From assembly GCA_050633245.1 (NCBI GenBank), contig JBOEGD010000030.1:128001-192000 (forward strand): DNA of 64,000 nt. Direction: 5' to 3'. Source of the stretch: Calditrichia bacterium (GTDB taxonomy: Bacteria; Calditrichota; Calditrichia; RBG-13-44-9; J075). Positions 47,587-58,227 of this stretch are shown piece by piece; position 1 is the stretch's first letter; each line of letters begins with the position of its first letter. The translations under genes and the position numbers were made by a program. Under the pieces are notes generated by a model, which worked only from the letters and a program-made list of their open reading frames with translations, had not been told where the DNA came from and ran no database searches.

Positions 47587-48021
47587 CTATAAATAACTGT
47601 CACAGAAACCTTTCGGCGACATAATAACAAGCTCGGGAAATTTAAGGTCACCATACAAAAAGTCTCTTAAATTTTTGGTTACCAAAACAGCACCTGTTGT
47701 TATTGCTGCCTCTAAAACAAAATTATCTGCTTCATCCTCAAGGTTTGGTCTCCATAGATAATGATCTCTTGCTTTATATGCTAAGGCTATGAGAGCATCC
47801 AAGATTATTTCAACCTGCGATTCATTTAAATTAATCAGATTTAGAATCGCGGGTCTATTTAGAACTGACTCATACTCCAACAGTAGCTTATATGTTATTG
47901 CTATTGGGATTCGTTGGTTTTGTATGTTTGCCAATAGTTTATAACTGACAGATTCTTCTCTTCTACAAAGCCCGGAGACCAGAACATTTGTGTCTAGAAT
48001 AATTAATGGTATCGTATTCAA
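47587..48021 (-). CDS. PIN-domain toxin
   Basis: ILDTNVLVS, EYESVL, WRPNLEDEADNFVLEAA and VTKNLRDF. Confidence 0.9.
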   Translation of the reverse strand: MNTIPLIILDTNVLVSGLCRREESVSYKLLANIQNQRIPIAITYKLLLEYESVLNRPAILNLINLNESQVEIILDALIALAYKARDHYLWRPNLEDEADNFVLEAAITTGAVLVTKNLRDFLYGDLKFPELVIMSPKGFCDSYL

Positions 48022-48372
48022 TGTTCATTACCTGATCAATGTCTGATACCGTATATAATACCATTGTGCATTAAATGTCAAGAAAAAGGTTCATAATGAT
48101 GTATTCGGTTTGCCCGCTTTAGAATTGTTTGCGATTTATTAGCACACTAGATGGACTATCAATCGCTATATTTCATATCTTGAGATAAAGAAAAAATAAC
48201 TCTAGTAGAAGGCTTGAGAGGTTCTTTGGGTTGCTTATGCTCTTCTTTACTTGTATTGGCCCTTAAAATAATTTATAGTAGGTATTACCGTTTACAAATG
48301 AATCCTAATCTCAAGTCCATCAACTGACAAAGAACCAATTAAGTTTCTCCCAATAACATGACTGGATTTTGC

Positions 48373-49272
48373 ATGTCTATTAAAGCCCTTCGCACCCCCG
48401 ACAGCCAGTTTCAAAACTTGCCCGGCTATAACTTTCAACCCAACTATTGCGATGTCGATGACCTGCGCATGCATTATGTTGATGAAAACCCCGATGGTGA
48501 CGAGACGGTCGTTATGCTTCATGGCGAACCGTCCTGGAGCTATTTGTACCGCAAAATGATTCCACGTTTTGCTGCCGCTGGACATCGCGCAATTGCTCCG
48601 GATCTGATTGGATTCGGCCGCTCGGACAAACCGGAAAAGCAAGAAGACTATACCTATCAAAAACATATTGACTGGATGAAAGCACTGCTCTTTGAGCACC
48701 TCAATTTGCAGGATATTACCTTGTTTGTGCAGGACTGGGGTGGGCTGATTGGATTACGATTAGTCGCTGAAAATCCGGAAAAATTTAAACGTTTGGTGAT
48801 CGCAAATACGTTTCTTCCGACTGGTGACCAGGGAGCTAATGACGCATTTATGCAGTGGCAAAAGCTAAGTCAAACTATTGAAATATTTGATGTTGGGAGA
48901 ATAATCAATAAAGCAACAGTAAGCCCACTTTCTCCTGAAGTTATCGCTGCATACGATTCTCCCTTCCCTGATGAGAGGTATAAGTCTGGTGCGCGCATAT
49001 TTCCGATGCTTGTGCCTATTACTCCTGATAATCCCGCGTCTGCAAGTAATCGCGCAGCTTGGCAGAAACTGGTAACATTTGATAAACCGGTGCTTACCTT
49101 ATTCAGTGATAAAGATCCGATAATGTCTGGTTTAGATCGAATCTTTCAGTCGAAACTACCGGGCGCGGCTGGTCAGCCTCATGACACGATTCGCGACGCC
49201 GGACACTTTCTTCAGGAAGACAAGGGCGAAGAAATCGCCGATAAAATAACAGCCTTTATTGCCGCCTCATAA
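48373..49272 (+). CDS. Haloalkane dehalogenase
   Basis: LRTPD..F, HGEPSWSYLYR, APDLIGFGRSDKP, QDWGG and AGHFLQED. Confidence 0.93.
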   Translation: MSIKALRTPDSQFQNLPGYNFQPNYCDVDDLRMHYVDENPDGDETVVMLHGEPSWSYLYRKMIPRFAAAGHRAIAPDLIGFGRSDKPEKQEDYTYQKHIDWMKALLFEHLNLQDITLFVQDWGGLIGLRLVAENPEKFKRLVIANTFLPTGDQGANDAFMQWQKLSQTIEIFDVGRIINKATVSPLSPEVIAAYDSPFPDERYKSGARIFPMLVPITPDNPASASNRAAWQKLVTFDKPVLTLFSDKDPIMSGLDRIFQSKLPGAAGQPHDTIRDAGHFLQEDKGEEIADKITAFIAAS

Positions 49273-49515
49273 TCGTTTTTGGTGCGGGCATTTCTTCTAA
49301 AAATGCCTGCTCCTTTTGCATCCCTTCTTATCTTCCTGCAAGATGTCCCGCATAAAAAGTTAACTTTTTCTTAAAGTCGCCAACTTCGTTGCCGAAACAC
49401 TAAGTATACCGATCTTTCTATCCGGGAGAAATCCCACCCCATTGAAAATTTCAATGAAATTGTCCTTTGACTTCTGCAGGCTTTCTGTGCAGATAAATGC
49501 ATGTAAAACTGGAAA

Positions 49516-50199
49516 GTGCCCCGTTCTATGTTTTCACGGCGTCCACTATATCTATTTCTTATGCTGGTATTTTTTATACCGGCCTGTAGTTCTGACCGAG
49601 AATTGCCAGAGGAGCGCTTGCCCTATTTCTCCGATTCAGACTTTACACCTCAGTGGATAGATTCGCGCCATGGAATTGAGGGATCCGTTCACAGAGTGAA
49701 AGACCTGTCCTTTTACAATCAATTTGATGAGATGGTTACAGATCGAAACGTTTCGAAGAAAATTTACGTCGCCGGCTTTTTTGATCTTCAATGTCGAACG
49801 TTTTGCCGGGTTGTTTCAAAAAACATGCAGAAAATTCAAGAGGCTTTTTCAAGTGATGAACATGTGAAGTTGCTGTCCCATTGTGTCAGTGTTGGAGTTC
49901 AGTCTGCTGAGCTACGCCGCTATGCGAATAGTTATAATGCAATAGAAGGAAAATGGCATTTTCTTCATGGTTCAGCGGAAGCCGTTCAGCAACATTCTCA
50001 GTCCGCCTATTTGCTGGACAAGCGAATGTTGTTAATTGAGCAACCGCATCGTGAGCAGCATCCGGAGCGATTGATTTTAGTAGATCAATCGGGATATATC
50101 AGAGGTGTTTATAGCGGTACAATTACTGGAGATATTCAGAGGATTATCGAGGATATTCATATCCTTAAAAAGGAGTTTGGGAATGAAGAAAAAAAATGA
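49516..50199 (+). CDS. SCO1/SenC family lipoprotein (divergent)
   Basis: Lipobox IPAC; CRTFC (CxxxC); HPERLILVD...IRGVYSG. Confidence 0.8.
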   Translation: MPRSMFSRRPLYLFLMLVFFIPACSSDRELPEERLPYFSDSDFTPQWIDSRHGIEGSVHRVKDLSFYNQFDEMVTDRNVSKKIYVAGFFDLQCRTFCRVVSKNMQKIQEAFSSDEHVKLLSHCVSVGVQSAELRRYANSYNAIEGKWHFLHGSAEAVQQHSQSAYLLDKRMLLIEQPHREQHPERLILVDQSGYIRGVYSGTITGDIQRIIEDIHILKKEFGNEEKK

Positions 50200-50827
50200 C
50201 AAGCGATCTCATATGCTTCTTTCGCCATTGGTTATAGCTGCCTTTTTGGTGGGGTTGGTTGGAGTATATACCTTTTGTGAATTGGTTGAACAGCCGGATG
50301 AGGCAGACCTGCAGGTGCCGAATATTATGGTAAATTGGCAGGATCCTCTTGTGAAAATCGAGCGTGGACTGGTTTTTTACAACAACATGTTGTTTTCAGG
50401 ACGACTATTTCAGCGAACCGGGCAGGGAGCTCCGATTTCTGAAGAGCGATATCTAAACGGTCTGCGACATGGAATTTCAAGACGATGGCACGCAGGTGGA
50501 ATGTTGGCATATGTGCATCAATATGAGTTTGGCAAGAAGCAGGGCGAGCAAGTTGGCTGGTGGCGAAACGGGAATGCCCGCTATCGCTACAGTTATGTGG
50601 ACAACCTGCAGCATGGAAAATCGATAGAGTATCATCAGCATGGAGATCCGTCGCGGGTCTCAAATTTTGACAACGGTATAGAAAATGGATATCAGCGCAA
50701 CTGGGATATCGATGGATTCTTGACGGCAAATTATTTCGTTAAAGGTGGCCGGCGATATGGCCAGGTTGTAATCAATCGATTTCACAGTGGCGAATTGACA
50801 CAGCTAGCGGCGAATGTGCGGAAATAG
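50183..50827 (+). CDS. MORN-variant repeat (YwqK-like) membrane-anchored protein
   Basis: Repeated Y..G..HG....W...G units; overlaps the SCO gene; AGGAG RBS. Confidence 0.8.
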   Translation: MKKKNDKRSHMLLSPLVIAAFLVGLVGVYTFCELVEQPDEADLQVPNIMVNWQDPLVKIERGLVFYNNMLFSGRLFQRTGQGAPISEERYLNGLRHGISRRWHAGGMLAYVHQYEFGKKQGEQVGWWRNGNARYRYSYVDNLQHGKSIEYHQHGDPSRVSNFDNGIENGYQRNWDIDGFLTANYFVKGGRRYGQVVINRFHSGELTQLAANVRK

Positions 50828-50857
50828 ATAGCGGGACACCGTCATACTTTGCCCCTG

Positions 50858-50889
50858 AATACCTCCCGGAAGTTTCGGGAGGTATTTTT
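50858..50889 (+). terminator. Rho-independent terminator
   Basis: AATACCTCCCG-GAAGTTT-CGGGAGGTATT followed by T. Confidence 0.75.
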
Positions 50890-51038
50890 ATAAATATATT
50901 TTTTTCTTGACAGACCAGAAATTGTACCATAGTTTGTGGAACCTTCTAGGAATTCCAGCCTGCAAACCATTTTCAGTCTAGAATCATCTGAGAAGTATAA
51001 TCAAGTTATATGTAAGTTTATTTTTGTAAGGAGCAGTA

Positions 51039-51251
51039 ATGTCAGAACGAGTAACAGGTGTTGTAAAGTGGTTTAACGCCACCAAAGGTTTCGGTTTTAT
51101 TTCAAATGCGGATGGTGAAGATTTGTTTGTTCACTATACAAACATTCGTGAAAGCGGTGGCTTCCGTTCGCTGGAAGAAGGACAGGAAGTAGAATTTACG
51201 ATCGGCGAAGGCAAAAAAGGTCTTCAAGCACAGGATGTAGTCGCTCTGTAA
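51039..51251 (+). CDS. Cold-shock protein (CspA family)
   Basis: [16 protein letters not shown]1 and LFVHY RNP2; TTGACA at 50907 implies a long 5' UTR. Confidence 0.97.
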   Translation: MSERVTGVVKWFNATKGFGFISNADGEDLFVHYTNIRESGGFRSLEEGQEVEFTIGEGKKGLQAQDVVAL

Positions 51252-51283
51252 ATTTTATTCTGAACGACACTCGACAACAATTC

Positions 51284-51320
51284 GGGGCGTGCGCTTAATC
51301 AGCGCACGCCCCTTTTTTTT
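51284..51320 (+). terminator. Rho-independent terminator after csp
   Basis: 12-bp perfect stem GGGGCGTGCGCT/AGCGCACGCCCC followed by T8. Confidence 0.92.
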
Positions 51321-51517
51321 GTACTGTATTTCAATATTTATATACGTTTGGAGTCTTGTTATGGAGGGTCACAAGACATTGGCTTGTTTTCCATGAGACG
51401 CAAAACATTGCGCCTTTACAATGTATGTGCTAGCTTCGCCCGTCACCCCGTCACCCCGATTTGCCTTATCGTTGATAATCTCTTAAACTCTAATAACCCA
51501 AAATCAACGAGGTAACC

Positions 51518-51928
51518 ATGTCCGCTTTTTATATTAAACTATACCTTCTTACCGTGCCGGTTTTTTTCGCTATCGATTTACTTTGGTTGGGGAGCCTGGC
51601 GAAAAGCTTTTACAATACACACCTCGCAAATTTCCTGGCGCCATCAGTTAACTGGACTGCCGCAATGACGTTCTATCTTCTTTATATTGTCGGAATTCTT
51701 ATCTTCGCTGTTGTTCCCGCACTTGAAAAAGAATCGTTGCTGCGCGCTGCTGTTTTAGGGAGCCTGTTTGGCTTTTTTACCTATGCGACATACGATCTTA
51801 CTAATCTTGCTACATTAAAGGATTGGCCGATTATTGTTGTTTTTGTGGATGTCGTTTGGGGCACTGTTTTATGCGCTGCCGTAGCATCTGCAAGTTATTT
51901 GATAGGGTCGTGGTTACAAACGGTTTAA
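51518..51928 (+). CDS. DUF2177 family membrane protein
   Basis: IDLLWLG and YATYDLTNLATLKDWP...DVVWG. Confidence 0.88.
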   Translation: MSAFYIKLYLLTVPVFFAIDLLWLGSLAKSFYNTHLANFLAPSVNWTAAMTFYLLYIVGILIFAVVPALEKESLLRAAVLGSLFGFFTYATYDLTNLATLKDWPIIVVFVDVVWGTVLCAAVASASYLIGSWLQTV

Positions 51929-52099
51929 CGTATCATTTTATAAACTGTTAGCTCCTGCTGCAAAAGCTGTGTAACTTATGTACTTGCATGAAAGTAGATA
52001 CTAACATGTGGTTAAAATCTGAACGTCAAATATGTAATTCCGCATTTCTTTCCCTCTAGGTAAATAAATCGGCTTTTGCAGCATCAATAGGAAACAACT

Positions 52100-53899
52100 A
52101 TGTCTGAGGAATTAAATCCGACGATCGCTTTCCGCGATCTAAACTTACCCGACGCCGTTCTAAAAGCATTGGACGCGGTAGGGTATGAGATCCCAACACC
52201 AATCCAGGCGCAAACAATACCGCTCTTTTTGGATGGACAGGATATCATTGGACAAGCGCAGACCGGTACAGGAAAAACAGCCGCGTTTGCACTACCGGTA
52301 CTAACAAATATAAATCTGAAACAAAGGGCACCACAAGCGCTTATTCTTACGCCAACTCGCGAGCTTGGTATACAGGTGGCCGAGGCCTTTCAAAAATACT
52401 CTGCCCACATGAAGAATTTTAGCGTTCTGCCGATTTACGGTGGTCAAAGCTATACTATTCAACTAAAGCAGTTAAAGCGTGGCCCGCATGTTATTGTGGG
52501 AACACCCGGAAGAATAATGGATCATATGCGTCGTGGTACGCTTAATCTGAGCACTCTAAATACGCTTATTTTGGATGAGGCAGATGAAATGCTTCGCATG
52601 GGCTTTATTGATGACGTCGAATGGATTCTCGATCAGGTTCCGGAAAACCGTCAAATCGGACTATTTTCTGCCACAATGCCTCGTGAAATTCGCCGCATTG
52701 CGCAAAAATATCTGCATGATCCGAAAGAAATCACTGTAAAAATGAAGACTACCACTGCGTCGACTATTCGTCAGCGCTATTGGGTCGTTAGTGGATTTCA
52801 TAAGCTGGATGCACTTACCCGGATTCTGGAATCCGAGCCTTTTGATGGTATTATTGTTTTTGTGCGGACCAGGAATGCAACCACGGAACTTAGCGAAAAG
52901 CTACAAGCCCGTGGCTATGATGCAGCTGCCCTGAGTGGCGAAATGCAGCAAAACCAGCGAGAGCGCACGGTCGATCGCCTGCGAAAAGGACAACTTGATA
53001 TTCTGGTTGCTACTGATGTTGCTGCTCGCGGTTTGGATGTTGAGCGAATTAGCCACGTTATTAATTATGATATGCCTTCCGGAACCGAGCCGTATGTGCA
53101 CCGCGTAGGTCGTACCGGACGCGCTGGACGTGAGGGTGAGGCCATCCTGTTTGTGGCACCCCGCGAGAAGCGCTTATTGTTTGCTATTGAGCGAGCGACA
53201 CGCCAAAAGATAGAACCGATGGAAATGCCGTCTGCCGATACGATTAACAATAAACGTATTCAGCGCTTTAAGCAGCGAATTACAGACGTTCTTGCAGCCG
53301 AAGACCTCGATAAATATTATGAAATCATGGAGCAATTCGAACAGGAATACAATGTTCCGGCTCTGGTAATTGCCGCAGCGCTTGGTAAGATGGTTCAAGG
53401 TGATGAGCCGTTGCTGATAAAAGACAAGCCACGTAAGTCTCGCACTTTTGAGCGCGATGGAAGAGATCGCGATAGAAAGGGCCGACGTTCTGAGCGCGGT
53501 TTTGAAAAAGGTGGAGACAAGAAGTTTTCCAAGCGCGAAAAACGAGACTCTGTGCCGGATGCCGGTATGGAACGATTTCGTTTGGACGTTGGCCATGATG
53601 ACGGTGTTAAACCAGGCAATATCGTTGGTGCCATCGCAAATGAAATAGGTCTGGAAAGTCGCTATATCGGCCGGATTAATATCTTTGACGATTTCGCAAC
53701 CGTAGACCTTCCGTCTAATATGCCCAAAGCCTTACTGGATACGCTAAAACATGTACGCGTTGCCGGCAGAAAGATGAATGCTTCGCGCTATGAAGGTGAT
53801 GCGAAGCCGCCTCGTCGCTCTGGTGATGATAAGCCCAGACGTAAGGAAAAAAAGAAGTTTAAGCCCAAGAAGGTGAAGAGTAAAAAGAAATCGTCGTAA
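52100..53899 (+). CDS. deaD: DEAD-box RNA helicase DeaD/CsdA
   Basis: AQTGTGKT, PTREL, DEAD, SAT, HRVGRTGRAG and a DbpA-type RBD (PGNIVGAIANE). Confidence 0.95.
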   Translation: MSEELNPTIAFRDLNLPDAVLKALDAVGYEIPTPIQAQTIPLFLDGQDIIGQAQTGTGKTAAFALPVLTNINLKQRAPQALILTPTRELGIQVAEAFQKYSAHMKNFSVLPIYGGQSYTIQLKQLKRGPHVIVGTPGRIMDHMRRGTLNLSTLNTLILDEADEMLRMGFIDDVEWILDQVPENRQIGLFSATMPREIRRIAQKYLHDPKEITVKMKTTTASTIRQRYWVVSGFHKLDALTRILESEPFDGIIVFVRTRNATTELSEKLQARGYDAAALSGEMQQNQRERTVDRLRKGQLDILVATDVAARGLDVERISHVINYDMPSGTEPYVHRVGRTGRAGREGEAILFVAPREKRLLFAIERATRQKIEPMEMPSADTINNKRIQRFKQRITDVLAAEDLDKYYEIMEQFEQEYNVPALVIAAALGKMVQGDEPLLIKDKPRKSRTFERDGRDRDRKGRRSERGFEKGGDKKFSKREKRDSVPDAGMERFRLDVGHDDGVKPGNIVGAIANEIGLESRYIGRINIFDDFATVDLPSNMPKALLDTLKHVRVAGRKMNASRYEGDAKPPRRSGDDKPRRKEKKKFKPKKVKSKKKSS

Positions 53900-53999
53900 A
53901 CGGTGAACGGTGAAAAATTTGATAGCAATAGATTGATGTCTAAACACCGTTTCTTTTTGTTCCTGATACCTGTCCCCGGACTCCTGATTTGGAGCAACT

Positions 54000-54773
54000 A
54001 TGTTACGTACACTTGAAGCAACCGAATATATCACACCACTGCGCGAAGGCGGTTCCCTGCCCGGTGTTGTGCGTGCTGAAGATGGAAATACCTACGCAAT
54101 GAAGTTTATCGGTGCTGGTCAGGGTGTAAAAACCCTGATTGCCGAGTTGATCGCCGGTGAGATTGCCCGTGTGCTGGGCTTCAACATGCCCGAGCTTGTG
54201 TTGTTGAATCTCGATCCCAAAATCGGTGCCAGTGAACCGGATGCTGAGATACAGGATTTATTAAACTTTAGTGCCGGGCTAAATCTCGGTATGGCCTTCC
54301 TGGAACATTCCCTTCCTTTTAGTAAAGCACTTTTTCCATCATTTACAGAATCATTTGCATCGCGTCTGGTGTGGTTCGATGCCTTTATTACCAACGTTGA
54401 TCGCACTCCGAGAAATGTTAACATGCTTATCCATCAGAACGATATCTGGCTAATTGACCACGGCGCAGCTCTGTACTTCCAACACAATTGGCAAGACCAC
54501 TACAAGCAGGCGGAAACCCCTTTTGCGCTTGTAAAAGATCATGTGCTGATTTCGGATGCTTCAGAAATCCGATATGCTGATGAGGAATGCAAATCGCTAC
54601 TCAATCGCACGATTTTTGAAACAATCGTTAATATGATACCGTATGCATGGTTAGAGACCGACAAGATGTTTGATTCCCCCGAAGCTTATCGAAACGGTTT
54701 TGTAGAATATCTGGATCATCGGCTGAAGCATTCCGATGTCTTTGTGAGGGAGGTTGAGCGTGTCCGAACGTGA
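54000..54773 (+). CDS. HipA-like kinase (HipA_2 type)
   Basis: YITPLREGGSLP, KFIGAGQG, NVDRTPRNVN and LIDHGA. Confidence 0.88.
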   Translation: MLRTLEATEYITPLREGGSLPGVVRAEDGNTYAMKFIGAGQGVKTLIAELIAGEIARVLGFNMPELVLLNLDPKIGASEPDAEIQDLLNFSAGLNLGMAFLEHSLPFSKALFPSFTESFASRLVWFDAFITNVDRTPRNVNMLIHQNDIWLIDHGAALYFQHNWQDHYKQAETPFALVKDHVLISDASEIRYADEECKSLLNRTIFETIVNMIPYAWLETDKMFDSPEAYRNGFVEYLDHRLKHSDVFVREVERVRT

Positions 54774-55143
54774 AGCCTTCAACTATAGCATAATCCGGAT
54801 TATTCCACGAGTAGATAGACAGGAATTCTTGAATGCCGGTATCGTTTTATTTAGCCGCACCAGGCACCTGTTAACCTGCCGTATCGATTATAGTTTGCCC
54901 CGATTACAATCTTTTTCCCCCGAAGCGGACATTGACATTATTCGCAAGCAGCTGAAAGCGATAGAGTGTATCTGTACTGGCGATCCCACTGCAGGATATT
55001 TTTGTGGACTTAGTCAATCGGAGCGTTTTAGCTGGTTGGTTGCTCCAACAAGCACTATTGTGCAGATGTCTCCTGCCCACACTGGAATCGGCTCTAATCT
55101 TTCACATGAGCTAGATGCGCTCTACGATCTGTTGGTAGCATAA
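54754..55143 (+). CDS. DUF3037 domain protein
   Basis: YSIIRIIPRVDRQEFLNAG and ERFSWLVAPTST; overlaps the kinase gene. Confidence 0.88.
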   Translation: MSVSEREAFNYSIIRIIPRVDRQEFLNAGIVLFSRTRHLLTCRIDYSLPRLQSFSPEADIDIIRKQLKAIECICTGDPTAGYFCGLSQSERFSWLVAPTSTIVQMSPAHTGIGSNLSHELDALYDLLVA

Positions 55144-55227
55144 GCCTACTTCCGCTGTTTTAAACGAACTAAAATCTTTACCATATAATAACTCGTATCC
55201 ATACAAACCTTTCGTGAGGAGGAAGAT

Positions 55228-56085
55228 ATGAATGGATTAGTATTTTTAGGAGTAGCTATACTCATTATCTTTTTATTTGGAATTCGTATTGTAAGACCGA
55301 CCCACCGTGGCCTTGTTGAGCGTTTGGGAAAATACAATCGCTTTGCCAGTCCGGGATTCAATTGGATCATCCCGATTATTGACCGGATGTATCAGGTAAA
55401 TACAACCGAGATGATGATGGATGCTCAACCACAGGAAATTATTACCAATGATAACCTAAATGCTACCGTCGATGCGCAAGTGTATTTCAAAATTCGCGAT
55501 GATGAAGATAGTGTGAAGCGCTCGCAGTATAATGTAAACGACGTGCAGCGACAGATTGTTAACCTGGCTCGTACCACGCTTCGTAACATCATTGGTACCA
55601 TGACGCTGAAGTCTGCAAACAGCGAGCGTGGCAGAATTAACAATGATCTGCATAATGTTCTGATTGAAGAAACAAAAACCTGGGGCATTGATGTTGTGCG
55701 AACGGAGCTGAAACAGATCGACCCGCCACGCGATGTGCAGGAAACCATGAACAAAATTGTAAAAGCTGAGAACGAAAAAATTGCTGCTGTCGATTATGCT
55801 ACGGCTACGGAAACTGCTGCCGATGGTGATAAGCGTTCATCCATTAAACAGGCTGAGGGAGTTCGTCAGTCTCGTATTTTGGAAGCGGAAGGACGGGCAG
55901 AAGCCATTCGCTTGGTGAATGAAGCAGCGAATCAATACTTTGTCGGCAATGCTCAGCTGTTGAAGCAGCTGGAGACGGTTCAAGGTTCTCTGGAAAATAA
56001 TGCAAAAATTGTCGTTCCGGCGAATTCGGAATTAATCAATGTTATCGGAGAGATGGCAGGTATTCTGCCCGTAAAGAAGAAGTAA
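55228..56085 (+). CDS. SPFH/Band 7 domain protein
   Basis: VERLGKY...PG..WIIP, QEIITNDN...VDA and TTLRNIIG. Confidence 0.93.
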   Translation: MNGLVFLGVAILIIFLFGIRIVRPTHRGLVERLGKYNRFASPGFNWIIPIIDRMYQVNTTEMMMDAQPQEIITNDNLNATVDAQVYFKIRDDEDSVKRSQYNVNDVQRQIVNLARTTLRNIIGTMTLKSANSERGRINNDLHNVLIEETKTWGIDVVRTELKQIDPPRDVQETMNKIVKAENEKIAAVDYATATETAADGDKRSSIKQAEGVRQSRILEAEGRAEAIRLVNEAANQYFVGNAQLLKQLETVQGSLENNAKIVVPANSELINVIGEMAGILPVKKK

Positions 56086-56157
56086 GCAATTACCATCGCT
56101 TAGAGCCGTTGAATTTTCAAAGAAGTCGTTCCGAAACTTTTGGAGCGGCTTCTTGTT

Positions 56158-58038
56158 TTATAGCGGCAGTTCAATTCGAAATGTCGTCCCCTCACCGAGT
56201 ACGCTGCTAACAGAAATATTCCCCTGATGTTTTTCAACCACATTTTTAACGTTCGCCAATCCCACACTCATACGTACCGTGTGGTTATTATTGCCAAAAC
56301 CAATGTCAAAAAGTGTGTCCAGCTTATCTTGTGGAATGCCCTTTCCTGAATCGGCTAGCAAAATAATGCAATGTTCTTTTTCAACGCGCGTGCTAATAGT
56401 AACGCTTCCACTGTCTTCAATGGCATCGATGGCGTTCGTAAGCAGCGTCATAAAAACCTGATTCAGCTGCGACGGGTAACCCTGTAACTTTGGTATTTCA
56501 GCATATTGTGTTTCGATTGTGATGTGTTCAGGCATCTGAGTTTTCAATAGTTCTATGGTGTCATTCAAGCAGGAATGAATATCGATACGCTGTAGATCTG
56601 CCTCATCCAGCCTGACAAAGTTTTTAAGCCTTCCAACCAAATCTATAATGCGGCTCCCGGCTTCCAGGGTAGCAGTATTATTGCGCTTTAATATATCAAT
56701 TGTACGCTCAAGTTTTTTTGTTGGTTGTGTCGTCTCCGTCGATAAAATTGTTTCAACTTCCTGTTCAATTCTGTTTATCGCTCGATTGGAGACATCGGTA
56801 ATGCTGTTGATAACGCCGATGGGATTATTGACCTCGTGCGCGATTCCAGCAACCAGGTTGCCTAGCAGCGCCAGCTTCTCCGACTGAATAAGTGATGCTT
56901 GCATCTCGGCCAACTCTATATAACGCAAGCGATGAATTTCAGTTTCCTTTTCGGCCTTTTCCAAGTCCATTTGAATCTGCATTTTTTCAAGCCGCGTCTG
57001 GCTTTCCTCGCTGTAGATTTGTTCTTTCAACTCCTGCAGCTTTTCGAGGTGACTTAGGGCCAGATTTGCATCTTCTAATTTCTTATAGCATTTATAAAGC
57101 CCCTCATGAATACGGCGGAGAGTAGGCTTCGCATCGGTTCCCTCCATAACAATCAGGGCATTATTGAAATAGTTTATCGCCTTTTGCGGCTCGCTATGGC
57201 TCAGAAAGAAGTCTCCCTGGCTAATCAGCGTACTTCCTATTGCATCTTTGTTTTCGAGTCGGTCATTATTTTTATTTGCTTTTTGATAGTAGGTTTTGGC
57301 CTGAGCTGCATCGGACATTTCGCTATAGAGTTCCGCAATTGCGGTCTGCGTTCGGGATAAGCCAATTGCCAAATCCAGTTCTGCAAAAAGAGTTTCACTT
57401 TCAAGATAGCACTGAAGTGCTTTGTCGTGATCACCAATCTTGCGAAAGGATTGGCCCAAGGTAAAAAGGATGAGACTTTCACCGACGGAATAATCAATTT
57501 TCCGAAAAAGTGTTAATGCCTTAAGGTCGTGCTCTATGGCTCGCGCGGCATCTTTGTTGACTCGGTAAATAGCTGCAAGATTATGCATGCCCCAGGCTTC
57601 GCCACGCGTATTCTTTATTTCACGATTTATTTCAAGAGCAGAAAGATAGCTTTCTAATGCACGGTCATAGCTGCCAAGTTGATGGAATGCATATCCCATG
57701 GCATCGATAACATCTGCTTCGGCTTTACGCTCATTATTAAGATCGCGCACCCTTGCCAATGCTTCTTCCAGTGTATTGATACCTTCTTTCAAGTCTGTTT
57801 TACCAACGGATTGTAGATATCCTTCATTGCGTAGGCTAAAGGCGAGGCCTTTTTCATAATTCAGTTTTTCGGAGAGTGCACGGCCCTGTTGCGTTAGCTC
57901 TGTAGCGCGGGGAATATTGTTGAGGCCGGTTTCCCAGGCAAGGTCCAGCAATATGTCTACGTGTGCCGTTGTATTGTGTAAGGAAGAATCCAGCTCACTT
58001 AGCTGTTCTTCGAGTTGTTTTATTTGAGGGGTTTGCAT
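56158..58038 (-). CDS. TPR-repeat sensor histidine kinase
   Basis: N-terminal TPRs; H-box AGIAHEVNNP, NQVFMTLLTNA, DSGKGI and G.GTTF. Confidence 0.92.
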   Translation of the reverse strand: MQTPQIKQLEEQLSELDSSLHNTTAHVDILLDLAWETGLNNIPRATELTQQGRALSEKLNYEKGLAFSLRNEGYLQSVGKTDLKEGINTLEEALARVRDLNNERKAEADVIDAMGYAFHQLGSYDRALESYLSALEINREIKNTRGEAWGMHNLAAIYRVNKDAARAIEHDLKALTLFRKIDYSVGESLILFTLGQSFRKIGDHDKALQCYLESETLFAELDLAIGLSRTQTAIAELYSEMSDAAQAKTYYQKANKNNDRLENKDAIGSTLISQGDFFLSHSEPQKAINYFNNALIVMEGTDAKPTLRRIHEGLYKCYKKLEDANLALSHLEKLQELKEQIYSEESQTRLEKMQIQMDLEKAEKETEIHRLRYIELAEMQASLIQSEKLALLGNLVAGIAHEVNNPIGVINSITDVSNRAINRIEQEVETILSTETTQPTKKLERTIDILKRNNTATLEAGSRIIDLVGRLKNFVRLDEADLQRIDIHSCLNDTIELLKTQMPEHITIETQYAEIPKLQGYPSQLNQVFMTLLTNAIDAIEDSGSVTISTRVEKEHCIILLADSGKGIPQDKLDTLFDIGFGNNNHTVRMSVGLANVKNVVEKHQGNISVSSVLGEGTTFRIELPL

Positions 58039-58101
58039 GCGCTTCTCTTTTTGAAGATTCCGCTGCAAATTAGGATGTTTTTTTGGGGATTACAAGAGAT
58101 T

Positions 58102-58227
58102 AGAGCCGCACAGCAGTGCGGCTTTACCAGAGCCGTGGGTTGCGATTATCCGGATCCGTTGATCGCAACCCACGTTACGATCGCTGATGAGTTGTGTTGT
58201 TGAGCCGCACTATTGTGGTGGAGCTAC
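58102..58227. repeat. BIME-like cluster of REP palindromes
   Basis: GAGCCGCAC-AGCA-GTGCGGCT hairpin, CGTGGGTTGCGAT...ATCGCAACCCACGTTACG hairpin and a second GAGCCGCAC unit. Confidence 0.75.
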
